A DNA stretch of 64,000 nt from Tubulanus polymorphus. Lineage: Eukaryota; Animalia; Nemertea. A program made the translations under genes and the position numbers. Numbering within the stretch: position 1 is the stretch's first letter; each line of letters begins with the position of its first letter. The notes beneath the pieces are model-generated. The model had not been told where the DNA came from and did no database searches. It saw only the letters and a list, made by a program, of their open reading frames with translations. Below, piece after piece: positions 62,001 through 64,000 of this stretch. Location: the NCBI RefSeq assembly GCF_964204645.1, contig NC_134032.1:6126275-6190274 (forward strand), in the 5' to 3' direction.

Positions 62001-64000
62001 GAGCAGCGTGCTCACCCTTTATTCTCAATGCCGTCATAAAATCGCATTTGGACAAAGATAAGAGCACGGTAGCTAATGATATGATATCGAGAATATATGT
62101 AGACAACGTCGTTACGTCGGTGAAAGACGAATCGACGGCAATCGATTATTACAATAACGCAAATCGGATTATGTCCGACGCAGGATTTAAACTATGTGAG
62201 TGGACTAGTAACAACGAAAGCCTCAGACATATTGCGAGGAAAGACAACTTATGAACGGGTATGACGTTGTCAGCAACCTAGGACTCGTGTGAGATCTCAA
62301 TCAGGAAAGGCTTAAATACAAACAAGTGATCGAGCATAGCGAGCCAGAAATCATTACGAAGCTCGAAATCGTCAGGAGCGTGGCGAGTCTTAATGATCTG
62401 TTAGGACTGTTATCGCCGGTTCACATCAAATCAAAAATATTCATCCAAGAATTGTGGAAAGCGAATGTCTCGTGGGATGAATTATCACCAGACGAAATGA
62501 ACAATAATTGGAAAACTTTGTACCGAGATCTACAAAATGCGAGAAAAATAGCCATTAACCGGAAGTATTTTTCTACGCCGTCGGAGGATACCGATACTGA
62601 ATTACATTGTTTTGTGGACGCGAGTTCACGTGGCTACGGACGTCAAGAGAAAAACACCGCACTTGTCATAGCGAAAAACAGAGTTGAACCCGTTAAACAG
62701 CTCTCGTTACCGCGCCTCGAGTTAATGGCCGTCGTCGCCCGTTTGATCAGATATTCATTCGATGCGCTCAATCCATGTTGCCATTTCAGGAAAGCGATTA
62801 TCTGGTCCGATAGCGAGATGTTGCACTAGGAGTAAAAATCGACTTCCGTGTTTCGTTCAAAACCGGGTGCACGAGATAAATCCTTTGAAATTAGATAATC
62901 TCAATGTGGAATTGAATTACGTACCGACCCAAGATAATCCAGCGGATCTACTTACACTTGTATACCCATTCATCAACTGGCCAATTCAACACTATGGTGG
63001 CACGGGCCCGACCGGTTGAAAGTCGGTGATTGGCCAGTCTCGCGATTTCAAGCCGATAACGAAATTAAAACCGATTAAAATGTCGATACAACATGAACAG
63101 TTAGAAAAAGCGGGTATCTTAAAGATCATTGATCCAGAAAAATATGGAACGTTGACCGAACTCGTTCGTGTGACCGCTTATTTCCTCAGATATTTACATA
63201 ATCTGTGGAATCCGGCCGATAGGATTAGCAGGGAACTCAGCGCCGATGAGATGAAAACAGCAGAAAACAAATGGGTCATGGACTTACAGGAAACATCCTT
63301 TAAATCTGAATTGAATCAATTGACAGATCAGAAACTCAAACGCGGTAACCTGGTCAAACAACTGAAAATCTTCATCGATGACAGGGGACTTATTCGATGC
63401 GGCAGTCGTGTGCAAAATTCGTCTTTACCGTACGATGCCAAATTTCCCATTCTATTACCAGATCACCATATTACGCGTTTGATCGTGTTGTTTCACCACA
63501 GGAGGTGTAAACATTTAAGAATTGGCGGGACTGTTACTGCTATCAGGCAGAGATACTGGATACCGAAAACTAGACAAGTCGTAAAATCAGCTCTCAGAAA
63601 ATGTGTTACGTGCGCTATAGTATAAGGCTCCGCCTACTGTAGACCTATACCACCGCCACTTCCAGTTTCGCGCGTTGCGGATGTTCCGCCCTTTACTGTT
63701 ACTGGAGTAGATTATTCCGGCAGTCTATCTCGAATCAGTCATTAGTATGACACCTGCCGCGTTTATTCGAGCATTCCGGAGATTCGTTTGGCGTAGATCA
63801 TTACCGCATGAACTGATCAGTGACAACGGGTCATGTTTTCTAAAATCTTGCGTAGAGATAGAGGAAATCGTCAATTCGCCGATCGTCGCGATATATATGG
63901 CGAACAATCGAATCAGATGGACATTCATTCCCAAACGAGCCCCTTGGTTGATCAACAATCGACCTCTCACGTATGTGTATAGTACGGAAGACGAGCCTCT
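59058..64000 (+). mobile_element. Second BEL/Pao LTR retrotransposon, degenerate, running off the window
   Basis: ...CATCACA-TT-TGGTGCCGTGACCAGG LTR end and PBS (59451/59454). LPKLHLPTFNG, three Cys/His knuckles, ILFDEG, HYIPHH..IRVVYD, YVDNV, LHCFVDAS, LPRLEL, PFTVTGVDY. The LTR start at 59058 is tentative. Confidence 0.88.

Overview
Repeat-dense, AT-rich animal (invertebrate-type) genomic DNA with spliceosomal introns. One host gene can be assembled: a minus-strand, 5-exon carnosine-synthase-like ATP-grasp ligase (CARNS1-like; 44152-43511, 40723-40561, 40095-39796, 35865-35600, 23345-22101; 871 aa). All four GT-AG junctions are phase-compatible. Most of the rest is nested mobile DNA. It includes a decayed Penelope/Neptune-like retroelement with an upstream SGNH-esterase remnant, and nearby a 9-bp-TSD TIR element, an apparently intact Sola1-type transposon and a solo LTR. 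Further along are a near-complete DIRS retrotransposon, Helentron-type non-autonomous elements, RTE and CR1/L2 remnants, a Harbinger element and two BEL/Pao elements. The most notable hidden feature is in intron 4 of the host gene: a fossil Polinton/Maverick (polintovirus-like) module with the gene order membrane/coiled-coil protein, major capsid protein, integrase. Its capsid gene is split by a 4.3-kb nested insertion and only becomes readable when that insertion is removed. A second virus-like compact gene cluster (zinc fingers, tandem GIQC motifs, hairpins) lies in intron 3. Family assignments rest on motifs recognised by eye; no database search was run.
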